A DNA stretch of 64,000 bases from Escherichia coli. Lineage in GTDB: Bacteria > Pseudomonadota > Gammaproteobacteria > Enterobacterales > Enterobacteriaceae. Below, in pieces: positions 22,603-32,064 of this stretch (its first letter is position 1; every line of letters begins with the position of its first letter). Made by a program: the position numbers and the translations under genes. The DNA lies in the NCBI RefSeq assembly GCF_003018255.1, contig NZ_CP027440.1; one strand, given 5' to 3'. The notes beneath the pieces are model-generated. The model made no database searches and was not told where the DNA came from. It saw only the letters and a program-made list of their open reading frames with translations.

Positions 22603-23531
22603 TCTGCGTTCTCCACTAACGATATAACGTTGGCAATCGATAAATCGGGGTTATTGGTGTATTCACAGGAGAGCGCCATTGACGAACATCCCTGTGCGAA
22701 ACGAACAGATTCGGCAAACGGCATTCCGTCTACCCAACACGAAGCAAGTCCCGCCATCATGGCATCGCCCGCTCCGGTAACATTAATGACATTGGTTTTG
22801 ATCGGCGCAGACCAACCACTTTCACCGCTGATATCACTGTAATAAACGCCGTCGCCGCCCATGCTCAATACCAGTCGGTTCAGGCCATGTTGATGGAACC
22901 AGGCAGCAACTTTTGCCACATCTTCACGCCCTGACAAAGCAATCCCACTCAGGGTTTCCGCTTCAAGGCGGTTTGGCTTGAGAGTGTGGATTTGATTTAG
23001 ACGGTCGCGCACTTTGACACATTTCCACGCGGAAACAGGATCGACAAATACGGGTACGTTGGCGGCATTATCCAGAATCCATGCCAGTGCCTCTTCACTG
23101 ATATTACAGTCCGCGACAATGACCTTTGCCCTCTGAATAAATTCACCGTGCTGTGCGAGATATTCAGCTGTAATAGCGTTGCTAATATTCATGTCATTTA
23201 TAGCAACCAGCATTTCACCGGTATTATCGAGTAATGATAAATAGCTCGACGTATTTTCTCCCGGCACAATCAGGCATTTATCGACATAAACACCAGATTG
23301 ATTGGTTTGCGTTAGCAGCGATTGACCATAAAAATCACTGCCTACGGCGCTCAGTAGCCAGGCTTTATTCCCCAGCAACGCCAGGTTTTGTGCAATATTG
23401 CGCCCTACTCCACCAGGCGTAAACTTTATTTTACCTGGATTTGAATCCGCATAATTTAATGATTCATGTGAATATCCGGCGACATCAATATTCGCCGAAC
23501 CTATAATTACGACATAATCCTTTTCGCGCAT
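22590..23531 (-). CDS. psuK: Pseudouridine kinase (PfkB family)
   Basis: 313 aa, PfkB motifs GGVGRNIAQNLALLG and GAGDAMMAG. Overlaps psuG by 13 nt. Confidence 0.92.
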   Translation of the reverse strand: MREKDYVVIIGSANIDVAGYSHESLNYADSNPGKIKFTPGGVGRNIAQNLALLGNKAWLLSAVGSDFYGQSLLTQTNQSGVYVDKCLIVPGENTSSYLSLLDNTGEMLVAINDMNISNAITAEYLAQHGEFIQRAKVIVADCNISEEALAWILDNAANVPVFVDPVSAWKCVKVRDRLNQIHTLKPNRLEAETLSGIALSGREDVAKVAAWFHQHGLNRLVLSMGGDGVYYSDISGESGWSAPIKTNVINVTGAGDAMMAGLASCWVDGMPFAESVRFAQGCSSMALSCEYTNNPDLSIANVISLVENAECLN

Positions 23532-23598
23532 AGCACGTCCTCTGGTAAAAAATTACCAACCCTGTCAATCCACAAGAATATAGATACTGCAAAGACGG

Positions 23599-23634
23599 TT
23601 TAAACATGTGTTCATATTTAAACATGTGCTCATA
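23599..23634. repeat. Perfect tandem 18-bp direct repeat (TTTAAACATGTG[T/C]TCATA x2) upstream of psuK
   Basis: Two adjacent units differing at one position, 68-103 bp upstream of the psuK ATG. A partial third copy follows. Confidence 0.6.
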
Positions 23635-23771
23635 GTATGCATGTTTTACGTAAAGTAAATTACCGCCAGAGATGCAAAATGGGCAGATTTGAGCAGGCTC
23701 ACAAAACGCGATTAAATGCCTGAATTATAAAAACGGGGAATTTGTGACGGAATGCACAGAACAGGAACACT

Positions 23772-23797
23772 AAAAAAGGGCAGAAATTAATCTGCCC
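23772..23797 (-). terminator. Rho-independent terminator (GGGCAGA-ttaatt-TCTGCCC plus U-run on minus strand) distal to fruA
   Basis: Stem-loop followed by six U on the minus-strand transcript. Confidence 0.6.
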
Positions 23798-23913
23798 TTG
23801 AGGAAATAACCTTAGTGTTTGATGAAAGTTTCAGGTTTCCACTAAAAGATAAAACCATTTAAATTCATAAAATTACATTCACAAACCGGTCATTCTCTTT
23901 GCGCGCATCAAAT

Positions 23914-23944
23914 GTTCCAGGGCAGGAAATTTCTGCCCTGGAAC
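23914..23944 (-). terminator. 12-bp perfect stem-loop immediately 3' of fruA (GTTCCAGGGCAG ... CTGCCCTGGAAC)
   Basis: Near-perfect 31-nt palindrome 11 nt past the fruA stop. U-tract is weak. Confidence 0.45.
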
Positions 23945-23954
23945 ACACCTTTTA

Positions 23955-25646
23955 TTACGCTGCTTTTGCTACTGCGTCCACTTCCGGACGTTTCAGGAAG
24001 GCATAGGCCAGACCCGCCACCAGCGTACCGGCAATAATGGCTACCAGGTAACCCAGTACCGGCGTAATAGCGCCAGGGATCAGCAGAACAAACAGACCAC
24101 CGTGCGGTGCCATCAGTTTCGCACCAATCGCCATTGAGATTGCGCCAGTCAGCGCCCCACCAACGATACAACACGGCAGCACACGCATCGGATCACGAGC
24201 AGCAAACGGAATTGCACCTTCCGAAATAAAGCACAGACCAAGAACCAGAGCGGCTTTGCCACCTTCCTGCTGCGCTTTGTCGAATTTGCGACGCGCCACC
24301 ATTGTTGCCAGACCCATTGCCAGCGGTGGCACCATACCTGCCGCCATAATCGCCGCCATCGGGCCATAGGTTTGAGTACTCAGCAGACCCACACCGAATG
24401 CGTACGCTGCTTTATTTACCGGACCGCCCATGTCAGTACACATCATGCCACCGAGGATCGCCCCCAGCAGAACCGCATTCGCAGTCCCCATGGTCTGCAG
24501 CCAGTGAGTCAACCCTTCGAGAATGCCAGCAACCGGTTTACCGATCAGGTAGATCATCGCCAGACCGACCACCAGACTGGAAATTAGCGGAATGATCAGG
24601 ATCGGTTTCAGCGCCTCCATACTCTGTGGCAGTTTCAGTTGCGTACTGATTAACTTCGCAATGTAACCAGCCAGGAAGCCCGCAATAATACCCCCAATGA
24701 AGCCAGAACCGGTGCTGACCGCCAGCATACCCCCAATCAGACCCGGCGTGAGACCCGGACGATCGGCAATGGAGAAGGCAATGTAACCTGCCAGTACCGG
24801 CACCATCAGCGCAAAGGCTGAACCACCACCAATCTGCATCAGCGCCGCTGCCAACGTACCCGGCTCTTTAAACGCTTCGATACCAAAAGCAAAAGAAAGC
24901 GCGATACACAGACCACCTGCAACGACCATCGGCAGCATGTAAGAGACGCCCGTCAGCAAGTGACGGTAAGCGCCTGCACCCTCTTTCTTACCTTCAGTGG
25001 TCGCTGTTTGAGCTTTGCCCGCCGGTTCATACGGCGTTGCTTCAGCAACCGCTTTATCCAGTTCCTGCGCGGTTTTCTTCAGCGCCAGACCGGTAGAGGT
25101 GCGATACATCGGTTTACCAGCAAATTTCGCCAGATCCACTTCGATATCTGCCGCCACAATCACCAGATCCGCTGCGGCTACTTCTTCAGGGGTGATCGCA
25201 TTACCCGCGCCAACAGAACCACGGGTTTCAACTTTCACCCACCAGCCACGTTTTTTCGCTTCGGTTTCAATGGCTTCAGCCGCCATAAATGTGTGTGCTA
25301 CGCCAGTCGGGCAAGCTGTCACCGCAACTACGCGTTTCGGACCGCTGGTGGCAACTGGTGCTGTCGCAGCGACCGGTGCAGTGTAAGGTTTCGCATGGCC
25401 TTTGGCTTCACTCAGGAACAGCTCAGGGTGCGCAACTGCCCGGGAAATATCGCCCAGCCAGACATTTTTACCGTTCAGCGCGCTGTCGTTCGGGATGGAA
25501 TCACCGAGAACAATCGCCATTTCAGCGTCGTTCGGATTGTCGATGATTTCCAGTTTTGCTTTTCGCGCCGCCGCGCCCAGCAGGGTCTTCGCCATATAGG
25601 CGCGTGCCTGACCGAGATTAGCGTCAATAATCAGCAGCGTTTTCAT
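23955..25646 (-). CDS. fruA: Fructose PTS enzyme IIB'BC
   Basis: 563 aa, matches E. coli FruA. Confidence 0.95.
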   Translation of the reverse strand: MKTLLIIDANLGQARAYMAKTLLGAAARKAKLEIIDNPNDAEMAIVLGDSIPNDSALNGKNVWLGDISRAVAHPELFLSEAKGHAKPYTAPVAATAPVATSGPKRVVAVTACPTGVAHTFMAAEAIETEAKKRGWWVKVETRGSVGAGNAITPEEVAAADLVIVAADIEVDLAKFAGKPMYRTSTGLALKKTAQELDKAVAEATPYEPAGKAQTATTEGKKEGAGAYRHLLTGVSYMLPMVVAGGLCIALSFAFGIEAFKEPGTLAAALMQIGGGSAFALMVPVLAGYIAFSIADRPGLTPGLIGGMLAVSTGSGFIGGIIAGFLAGYIAKLISTQLKLPQSMEALKPILIIPLISSLVVGLAMIYLIGKPVAGILEGLTHWLQTMGTANAVLLGAILGGMMCTDMGGPVNKAAYAFGVGLLSTQTYGPMAAIMAAGMVPPLAMGLATMVARRKFDKAQQEGGKAALVLGLCFISEGAIPFAARDPMRVLPCCIVGGALTGAISMAIGAKLMAPHGGLFVLLIPGAITPVLGYLVAIIAGTLVAGLAYAFLKRPEVDAVAKAA

Positions 25647-25662
25647 TATGCCTCTCCTGCTG

Positions 25663-26601
25663 TCAGTTAAAAGGTTGTAAGTCGACGCGCGCCATCATTG
25701 CGGCCAACTGCGGACGATCGGTAATACCCACATTGCTTTGACTTACCGCCAGGGCTGCAACAGCTGTCGCCAGACGCAGTGTGTGTTCACTGGATTCACG
25801 CATCAGCAAGCCATAAATCAGGCCACCAACCATAGAATCCCCTGCGCCAACGGTGCTTACGACATCGACTGACGGTGGTTTGGCGATCCATTCGCCGGAG
25901 GCATTAACCCAAAGCGCGCCTTCGGCACCCAGTGAAATAACGACATGCGCGATACCTTGTTCACGCAGCGCATGCGCAGCTTCAATCACATCTTTCATTT
26001 CAGGCAGTTTACGGCCTGCCCAGATTTCCAGCTCGCGGCGGTTAGGTTTCACCAGCCACGGTGCCGCTTTCAAACCTGCTACTAACGCTTCACGGCTACT
26101 ATCAAAGATAATGCAAGGACACTGACTACGCAGGCGAGTCATCCAGTCGGTGAACGCTTCCGGGCTGACGCCTGACGGTAAGCTTCCGCTGACACAGACC
26201 ATATCGAACTGACCGAGCCAGCTCAGAGAATCAGTCACAAAGCGTTCCCAGTCGGCGGGGGTAACGTCAAAACCCGAGAAGTTGAAGTCGGTCACTTCGC
26301 CGTCTTTTTCCGTCAGCTTAACGTTAATTCGGGTGCGCCCCTGTACAACCTGGAAACGGTTGGCAATGCCCAGCTCGCTGAACAGTTGCTGAAAACCATC
26401 CTGATTGTCTTTACCGAGGAAGCCACCAACGGTGACATCAATTCCCAGGTCTTTTAATACTTTGGCCACGTTGATGCCTTTACCCGCCGCATGCAGACCG
26501 GTGGTTTTCACCAGGTTCACTTCGCCGCGTTCAATTTCCGGGCAGAAACCAACAAGGTCATAAGCCGGATTAAGGGTGATAGTAGCAACACGTCTGCTCA
26601 T
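25663..26601 (-). CDS. fruK: 1-phosphofructokinase
   Basis: 312 aa PfkB-family kinase, matches FruK. Confidence 0.95.
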   Translation of the reverse strand: MSRRVATITLNPAYDLVGFCPEIERGEVNLVKTTGLHAAGKGINVAKVLKDLGIDVTVGGFLGKDNQDGFQQLFSELGIANRFQVVQGRTRINVKLTEKDGEVTDFNFSGFDVTPADWERFVTDSLSWLGQFDMVCVSGSLPSGVSPEAFTDWMTRLRSQCPCIIFDSSREALVAGLKAAPWLVKPNRRELEIWAGRKLPEMKDVIEAAHALREQGIAHVVISLGAEGALWVNASGEWIAKPPSVDVVSTVGAGDSMVGGLIYGLLMRESSEHTLRLATAVAALAVSQSNVGITDRPQLAAMMARVDLQPFN

Positions 26602-27731
26602 TATGCGCCCTCCCCAAGACCAGCAGCGATAGCGTCGCCGATTGCTTTCAGCGCCTGTTCAGCATCTGCACCCTGGGCGGTAAAGCGTAGGCGATGACCT
26701 TTCTTAACGCCAAGTGCCACAACTTTCATCAGACTACGTCCGTTTGCCGGTTTGCCGGTACCATCAAGGTTTGTCACGGTAATATCACTGTTAAATTGTT
26801 TAATGGTATTGACCAGCATGGTACCTGGACGAGCATGCAGGCCGTGTTCATTGCGCACCACAAACTCCGCGCTTAACACGTCGTCGGTCGGCGCATCATC
26901 GCTGGTCAGCAGCGCCAGCAACGTTGCCGCATCCGCTTTCAGCAAGCGGTCAGCTTTATTGTCGAGTAACAAATCAGCGAGACGCTTAAGAACCGCAATG
27001 GGCTGATCGTCATTCATCGCCACACTCACCAGCATGGCTGCCGTTTCGCCGTCCACATCAAAAGCATTTGCCGCACGGCTTACCGCAATCGCGCTACGCA
27101 GATTGCCTTCGGCGCTATCGCTCAGCCAGATACCCTGCCCGAGGTTCAGCGGTTGTTCATTGATGGCTTTGGTGACGAAAGTGGCGTCAACTGCCCCCGC
27201 TTCTTTCAGACGCGCAGCGTTCAGCGCCTGAAGAGTCAGCAGATCGCTGGCGACGATATCCAGCGTCAGCATTTCGTTGTCGAGCTTCAGCTGCTCACTC
27301 TGCTTTTCGCCCATCAGCAATGCGCGAAGTTCTTCTGCTGTTGTTGCTGACTTCAGTTGTTCAGCAACGGAATCATCGCTCAGTACGTGGGTCAGCTGGC
27401 GTAGCAGGCCCAGATGTTCATCCGAGCTGGCAGCAATACCGATCGCCACGTACGCTACCTGGCCGTCACCCCAGGTGACGCCTTCCGGGAACTGAAATAC
27501 CTGAACGCCGGTTTTCAGCACCTGATCGCGGGTGTCGGTAGTGCCGTGTGGAATAGCAATACCATTGCCGAGGAACGTTGAGGTTTGCTGTTCGCGCGCC
27601 AGCATGCCATTGACGTAGCCTTCAGCTACATTACCGGCCTGCACCAGCGCCGCAGCGACCTGGCGAATCGCCTCTTCTTTGTCTCCGGCCTTTTCGCCCG
27701 GATGGATGTCCTGTACGGATAACTGGAACAT
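26601..27731 (-). CDS. fruB: Fructose PTS multiphosphoryl transfer protein (IIA-M-FPr)
   Basis: 376 aa, C-terminal HPr-like domain (HGLHARPG). Confidence 0.95.
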
Positions 27732-27752
27732 AGTTCTCCTCTCTTGCTGAAT

Positions 27753-27764
27753 TGAAACGATTCA
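27753..27764. promoter_or_regulatory. Cra (FruR) operator-like palindrome TGAAACGATTCA, 22 nt upstream of the fruB ATG
   Basis: Match to the Cra half-site TGAAAC in inverted arrangement. fruBKA is the classical Cra target. Confidence 0.6.
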
Positions 27765-27819
27765 GCTTCTATGAGAAAAAAAGCGCCAACCTGGCTTAGG
27801 GTTAAAGACAAGATCGCGC

Positions 27820-27831
27820 TGAAACGTTTCA
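27820..27831. promoter_or_regulatory. Second Cra operator-like perfect palindrome TGAAACGTTTCA
   Basis: Perfect 12-bp palindrome about 90 nt upstream of fruB. Confidence 0.6.
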
Positions 27832-28098
27832 AGAGAGCATAATACTTTTGTTTCAGCACGCAAGGAAAGCCGTAAAGTTATGAGCAAAAGTTTGATGTGC
27901 TGCACAATTTTTTGTCATTTTTCCTAATTGCTGATGGGAAAATCCGTTATCAGCAATTTCATTTCAGCAGCGTCAGCAGCCAATCAGCAACAGTGAAATG
28001 GCATTTTGATTATTCGTGGCGCTTTTGATTTCGCTGTCTGTTTATTTTCTGACAAGCAGCGTAAACTCCGCGTCTTCCTCTTCCAGTGATCGACCAGC

Positions 28099-29280
28099 AT
28101 GCATAACTCCCCCGCAGTCACCAGCGCGAAATCGTTTGACCTGACCTCGACGGCGTTTTTAATCGTTGCCTTTCTCACCGGTATTGCGGGCGCTCTGCAA
28201 ACCCCGACACTCAGTATTTTTCTTACCGATGAAGTACATGCCCGTCCGGCGATGGTGGGATTCTTCTTTACCGGCAGCGCTGTCATTGGGATTCTGGTGA
28301 GTCAGTTTCTCGCCGGGCGCTCTGATAAGCGCGGCGATCGCAAATCGCTGATTGTCTTTTGCTGCCTGTTAGGCGTGCTGGCCTGCACCCTTTTTGCCTG
28401 GAATCGCAACTACTTTGTTTTGCTATTCGTTGGCGTCTTTCTTAGCAGCTTTGGCTCGACCGCTAACCCGCAAATGTTTGCCCTTGCCCGTGAACATGCC
28501 GACAAAACCGGACGTGAGGCGGTGATGTTCAGCTCTTTTTTACGCGCTCAGGTTTCACTGGCATGGGTCATTGGCCCACCGCTGGCTTATGCCTTAGCGA
28601 TGGGTTTCAGCTTTACGGTAATGTATCTGAGCGCAGCGGTAGCGTTTATTGTTTGCGGCGTGACGGTGTGGCTGTTTTTACCGTCAATGCAAAAAGAACT
28701 TCCGCTGGCGACCGGCACGGTTGAAGCGCCGCGCCGTAACCGTCGCGATACGCTGCTGCTGTTTGTCATTTGTACATTGATGTGGGGCTCGAACAGCCTG
28801 TACATCATCAACATGCCGCTATTTATTATCAACGAACTGCATCTTCCCGAGAAACTGGCCGGTGTGATGATGGGGACCGCCGCCGGGCTGGAAATCCCGA
28901 CCATGTTGATTGCCGGATATTTCGCCAAACGTCTGGGTAAGCGTTTCTTAATGCGCGTTGCTGCCGTGGGTGGCGTCTGTTTTTACGCAGGAATGCTGAT
29001 GGCGCATTCACCTGTCATTCTGTTGGGCTTGCAGCTGCTAAATGCTATTTTTATTGGCATTCTGGGTGGCATCGGGATGCTCTATTTTCAGGATTTGATG
29101 CCCGGTCAGGCAGGTTCAGCCACCACGCTCTATACCAATACGTCGCGCGTGGGCTGGATCATCGCAGGATCAGTGGCGGGCATCGTCGCCGAGATCTGGA
29201 ATTATCACGCTGTGTTCTGGTTTGCGATGGTGATGATTATCGCCACTCTGTTTTGCTTACTGCGGATTAAAGATGTTTAA
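28099..29280 (+). CDS. setB: MFS sugar efflux transporter B
   Basis: 393 aa, 12-TM MFS protein, matches SetB. Confidence 0.9.
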
Positions 29281-29531
29281 GGCGCGGTCAGCATTTCCAG
29301 ATCGATAAGCCAGGTCATTGCCTGCTGACGCGAGTTACCGCACATTTCAGCGCTGGCTTGTAAGCCTGCACAGACTTTCGGCCGCAGTGGCGAGGTGAAA
29401 ATTTTACAGCGTTGCTGTTCATCAAGCTGAATGCAGGGCGTATTGGCGGGCTTGCCATCTGGCATACCGGGAATAGGGCTGGAAATCGAAGGGGCAGTGC
29501 AACACGCCCCGCAACCCGGACGGCATTCCAT
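29277..29531 (-). CDS. yeiW: Small cysteine-cluster protein (UPF0153/YkgJ-like)
   Basis: Start trimmed to the internal ATG giving 84 aa ([14 protein letters not shown]...). Its stop codon overlaps the setB stop on the opposite strand. Confidence 0.78.
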
Positions 29532-29685
29532 ACGTTGTTCTCTTAAGGTTAACCACCGGATTGATGAGCGCGCACAGTACCACCTTTTTTGCACCAGCAA
29601 AAGTGCGAATACCACTTGCCCGAAAGGCCCGTCGCGAGTACTTTGTCGCGATATTTTTGACATTTTCGACTACAGGAATTTTTCG

Positions 29686-30258
29686 ATGCCAAGAGCGAAC
29701 GAAATTAAAAAAGGTATGGTACTGAATTACAACGGCAAACTGCTGCTGGTTAAGGACATTGATATTCAGTCGCCCACTGCCCGCGGTGCCGCTACGCTGT
29801 ACAAAATGCGTTTTTCTGATGTCCGTACCGGGCTGAAAGTAGAAGAGCGTTTCAAAGGAGATGATATCGTTGACACCGTGACGCTGACCCGCCGTTACGT
29901 TGACTTCTCCTATGTCGATGGCAACGAATATGTCTTTATGGATAAAGAAGACTATACCCCGTATACCTTCACCAAAGATCAGATTGAAGAAGAGTTGCTG
30001 TTTATGCCAGAGGGCGGCATGCCGGACATGCAGGTGCTGACCTGGGACGGTCAACTGCTGGCGCTTGAGTTGCCGCAGACCGTTGATCTGGAAATCGTTG
30101 AAACCGCACCAGGCATCAAAGGGGCATCTGCCAGCGCCCGTAACAAACCGGCGACATTGAGCACTGGTCTGGTGATTCAGGTACCAGAATACTTAAGCCC
30201 GGGCGAAAAAATTCGTATCCATATCGAAGAACGCCGTTATATGGGGCGTGCTGACTAA
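29686..30258 (+). CDS. yeiP: Elongation factor P-like protein (EfpL)
   Basis: Start trimmed to [10 protein letters not shown] giving 190 aa. EF-P fold paralog. Confidence 0.9.
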
Positions 30259-30277
30259 CTTCAGCCGCATGCAGAAA

Positions 30278-30306
30278 AGGGATAGCTCAGGCTGTCCCTT
30301 TTTTAA
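30278..30306 (+). terminator. Rho-independent terminator of yeiP
   Basis: 9-bp stem (AGGGAUAGC/GCUGUCCCU with one G-U pair) followed by UUUUUU. Confidence 0.65.
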
Positions 30307-30480
30307 TTTATTATACCAATCTTCTATTTTGCGCTTCCTGAACACCTTACACCCGCAATATTCACTCGTTGATTGATCGCCCTCACACTTCATCGCATTA
30401 ACAATCCAGACCAATTTCAATTGCTGTCATATAACTTTACACTGTCATTGTTAATTAATCGTTACTAAGACGTGACTCCT

Positions 30481-31947
30481 ATGAATACAATCGCCTCCGT
30501 TACGCTCCCGCATCATGTACACGCTCCACGCTACGATCGCCAGCAGTTGCAATCACGTATCGTTCATTTTGGCTTTGGAGCCTTTCACCGCGCTCATCAG
30601 GCGTTACTGACCGATCGTGTGCTGAATGCCCAGGGCGGCGACTGGGGGATCTGTGAAATCAGCTTGTTCAGCGGTGATCAACTGATGAGCCAGCTCCGCG
30701 CACAGAACCATTTATATACCGTGCTGGAGAAAGGGGCGGACGGCAATCAGGCGATAATTGTCGGTGCCGTTCACGAATGCCTTAATGCAAAACTGGATTC
30801 CTTAGCGGCAATTATTGAGAAATTTTGCGAGCCACAGGTGGCAATTGTTTCCCTGACGATTACCGAAAAAGGCTATTGTATTGACCCAGCCACCGGTGCA
30901 CTCGACACCAGCAATCCGCGGATTATTCACGATCTTCAAAATCCTGAAGAACCTCACTCCGCGCCGGGTATTCTCGTCGAAGCACTGAAACGACGCCGTG
31001 AACGCGGCCTTGCACCGTTTACCGTACTCTCCTGCGACAATATTCCCGACAATGGCCATGTGGTGAAAAACGCGGTGCTGGGGATGGCGGAAAAACGTTC
31101 ACCAGAACTCGCCGGGTGGATAAAAGAACACGTCAGTTTTCCGGGAACCATGGTCGACCGTATTGTTCCGGCAGCAACCGACGAATCACTGGCGGAAATC
31201 AGCCAGCATCTGGGGGTGAATGATCCCTGTGCGATTAGCTGCGAACCGTTTATCCAGTGGGTGGTGGAAGATAACTTCGTCGCTGGGCGTCCTGCCTGGG
31301 AAGTCGCAGGTGTACAAATGGTGAATGATGTCCTGCCATGGGAAGAGATGAAACTGCGTATGCTTAATGGCAGCCACTCTTTTCTCGCTTATCTGGGTTA
31401 CCTCTCAGGATTCGCGCACATCAGTGATTGCATGCAGGATCGCGCATTTCGCCATGCCGCCAGAACATTAATGCTGGATGAGCAAGCGCCAACACTGCGA
31501 ATTAAAGATGTCGATTTAACACAATATGCGGATAAGTTAATTGCACGTTTTGCTAACCCGGCGCTGAAACATAAGACCTGGCAAATCGCGATGGATGGCA
31601 GCCAGAAATTACCGCAACGTATGCTGGCAGGTATTCGCATACATCTGGCGCGCGAAACAGACTGGTCGTTGCTGGCATTAGGCGTTGCAGGCTGGATGCG
31701 TTACGTCAGCGGCGTTGATGATGCCGGAAATGCCATTGATGTTCGCGATCCGCTTAGCGATAAAATTTGCGAACTTGTTGCGGGCAGTAGCAGTGAACAA
31801 CGCGTCACCGCCCTGCTTTCCCTGCGTGAAGTTTTCGGTGATGATCTGCCAGATAACCCGCATTTTGTGCAGGCCATCGAACAAGCCTGGCAACAAATCG
31901 CACAATTCGGCGCGCATCAGGCGCTATTAAACACCCTCAAAATTTAA
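30481..31947 (+). CDS. yeiQ: Mannitol dehydrogenase-family oxidoreductase of unknown substrate
   Basis: Start at the ATG giving 488 aa. Long-chain mannitol/fructuronate dehydrogenase family. Confidence 0.88.
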   Translation: MNTIASVTLPHHVHAPRYDRQQLQSRIVHFGFGAFHRAHQALLTDRVLNAQGGDWGICEISLFSGDQLMSQLRAQNHLYTVLEKGADGNQAIIVGAVHECLNAKLDSLAAIIEKFCEPQVAIVSLTITEKGYCIDPATGALDTSNPRIIHDLQNPEEPHSAPGILVEALKRRRERGLAPFTVLSCDNIPDNGHVVKNAVLGMAEKRSPELAGWIKEHVSFPGTMVDRIVPAATDESLAEISQHLGVNDPCAISCEPFIQWVVEDNFVAGRPAWEVAGVQMVNDVLPWEEMKLRMLNGSHSFLAYLGYLSGFAHISDCMQDRAFRHAARTLMLDEQAPTLRIKDVDLTQYADKLIARFANPALKHKTWQIAMDGSQKLPQRMLAGIRIHLARETDWSLLALGVAGWMRYVSGVDDAGNAIDVRDPLSDKICELVAGSSSEQRVTALLSLREVFGDDLPDNPHFVQAIEQAWQQIAQFGAHQALLNTLKI

Positions 31948-31963
31948 CGATTTCTGCGGTTAA

Positions 31964-31990
31964 AGCGGATGAAGCTCGCCTTCGTCCGCT
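31964..31990 (+). terminator. Stem-loop (11-bp stem with one G-U pair) followed by a U-rich tract after yeiQ
   Basis: AGCGGATGAAG-ctcgc-CTTCGTCCGCT, then ctccccttctcttttctgccgttttt. Confidence 0.35.
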
Positions 31991-32064
31991 CTCCCCTTCT
32001 CTTTTCTGCCGTTTTTAGCCAGGATTAACGCTCAGTTAACTTTTAAGAGTATTGCGGAGCCGTT

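Noticed and set aside
24960-25670. 236-aa plus-strand ORF antisense to fruA
   Set aside because: It lies entirely inside the well-supported fruA coding region on the opposite strand. The translation is Cys/Arg-rich and low-complexity, as expected for a shadow ORF in GC-rich coding DNA.
29422-30054. 210-aa minus-strand ORF overlapping yeiP and the yeiW start
   Set aside because: Opposite strand of the clearly recognisable EF-P-like protein YeiP. The long ORF-track extensions of yeiW and yeiP themselves were also trimmed to the conserved internal ATGs.
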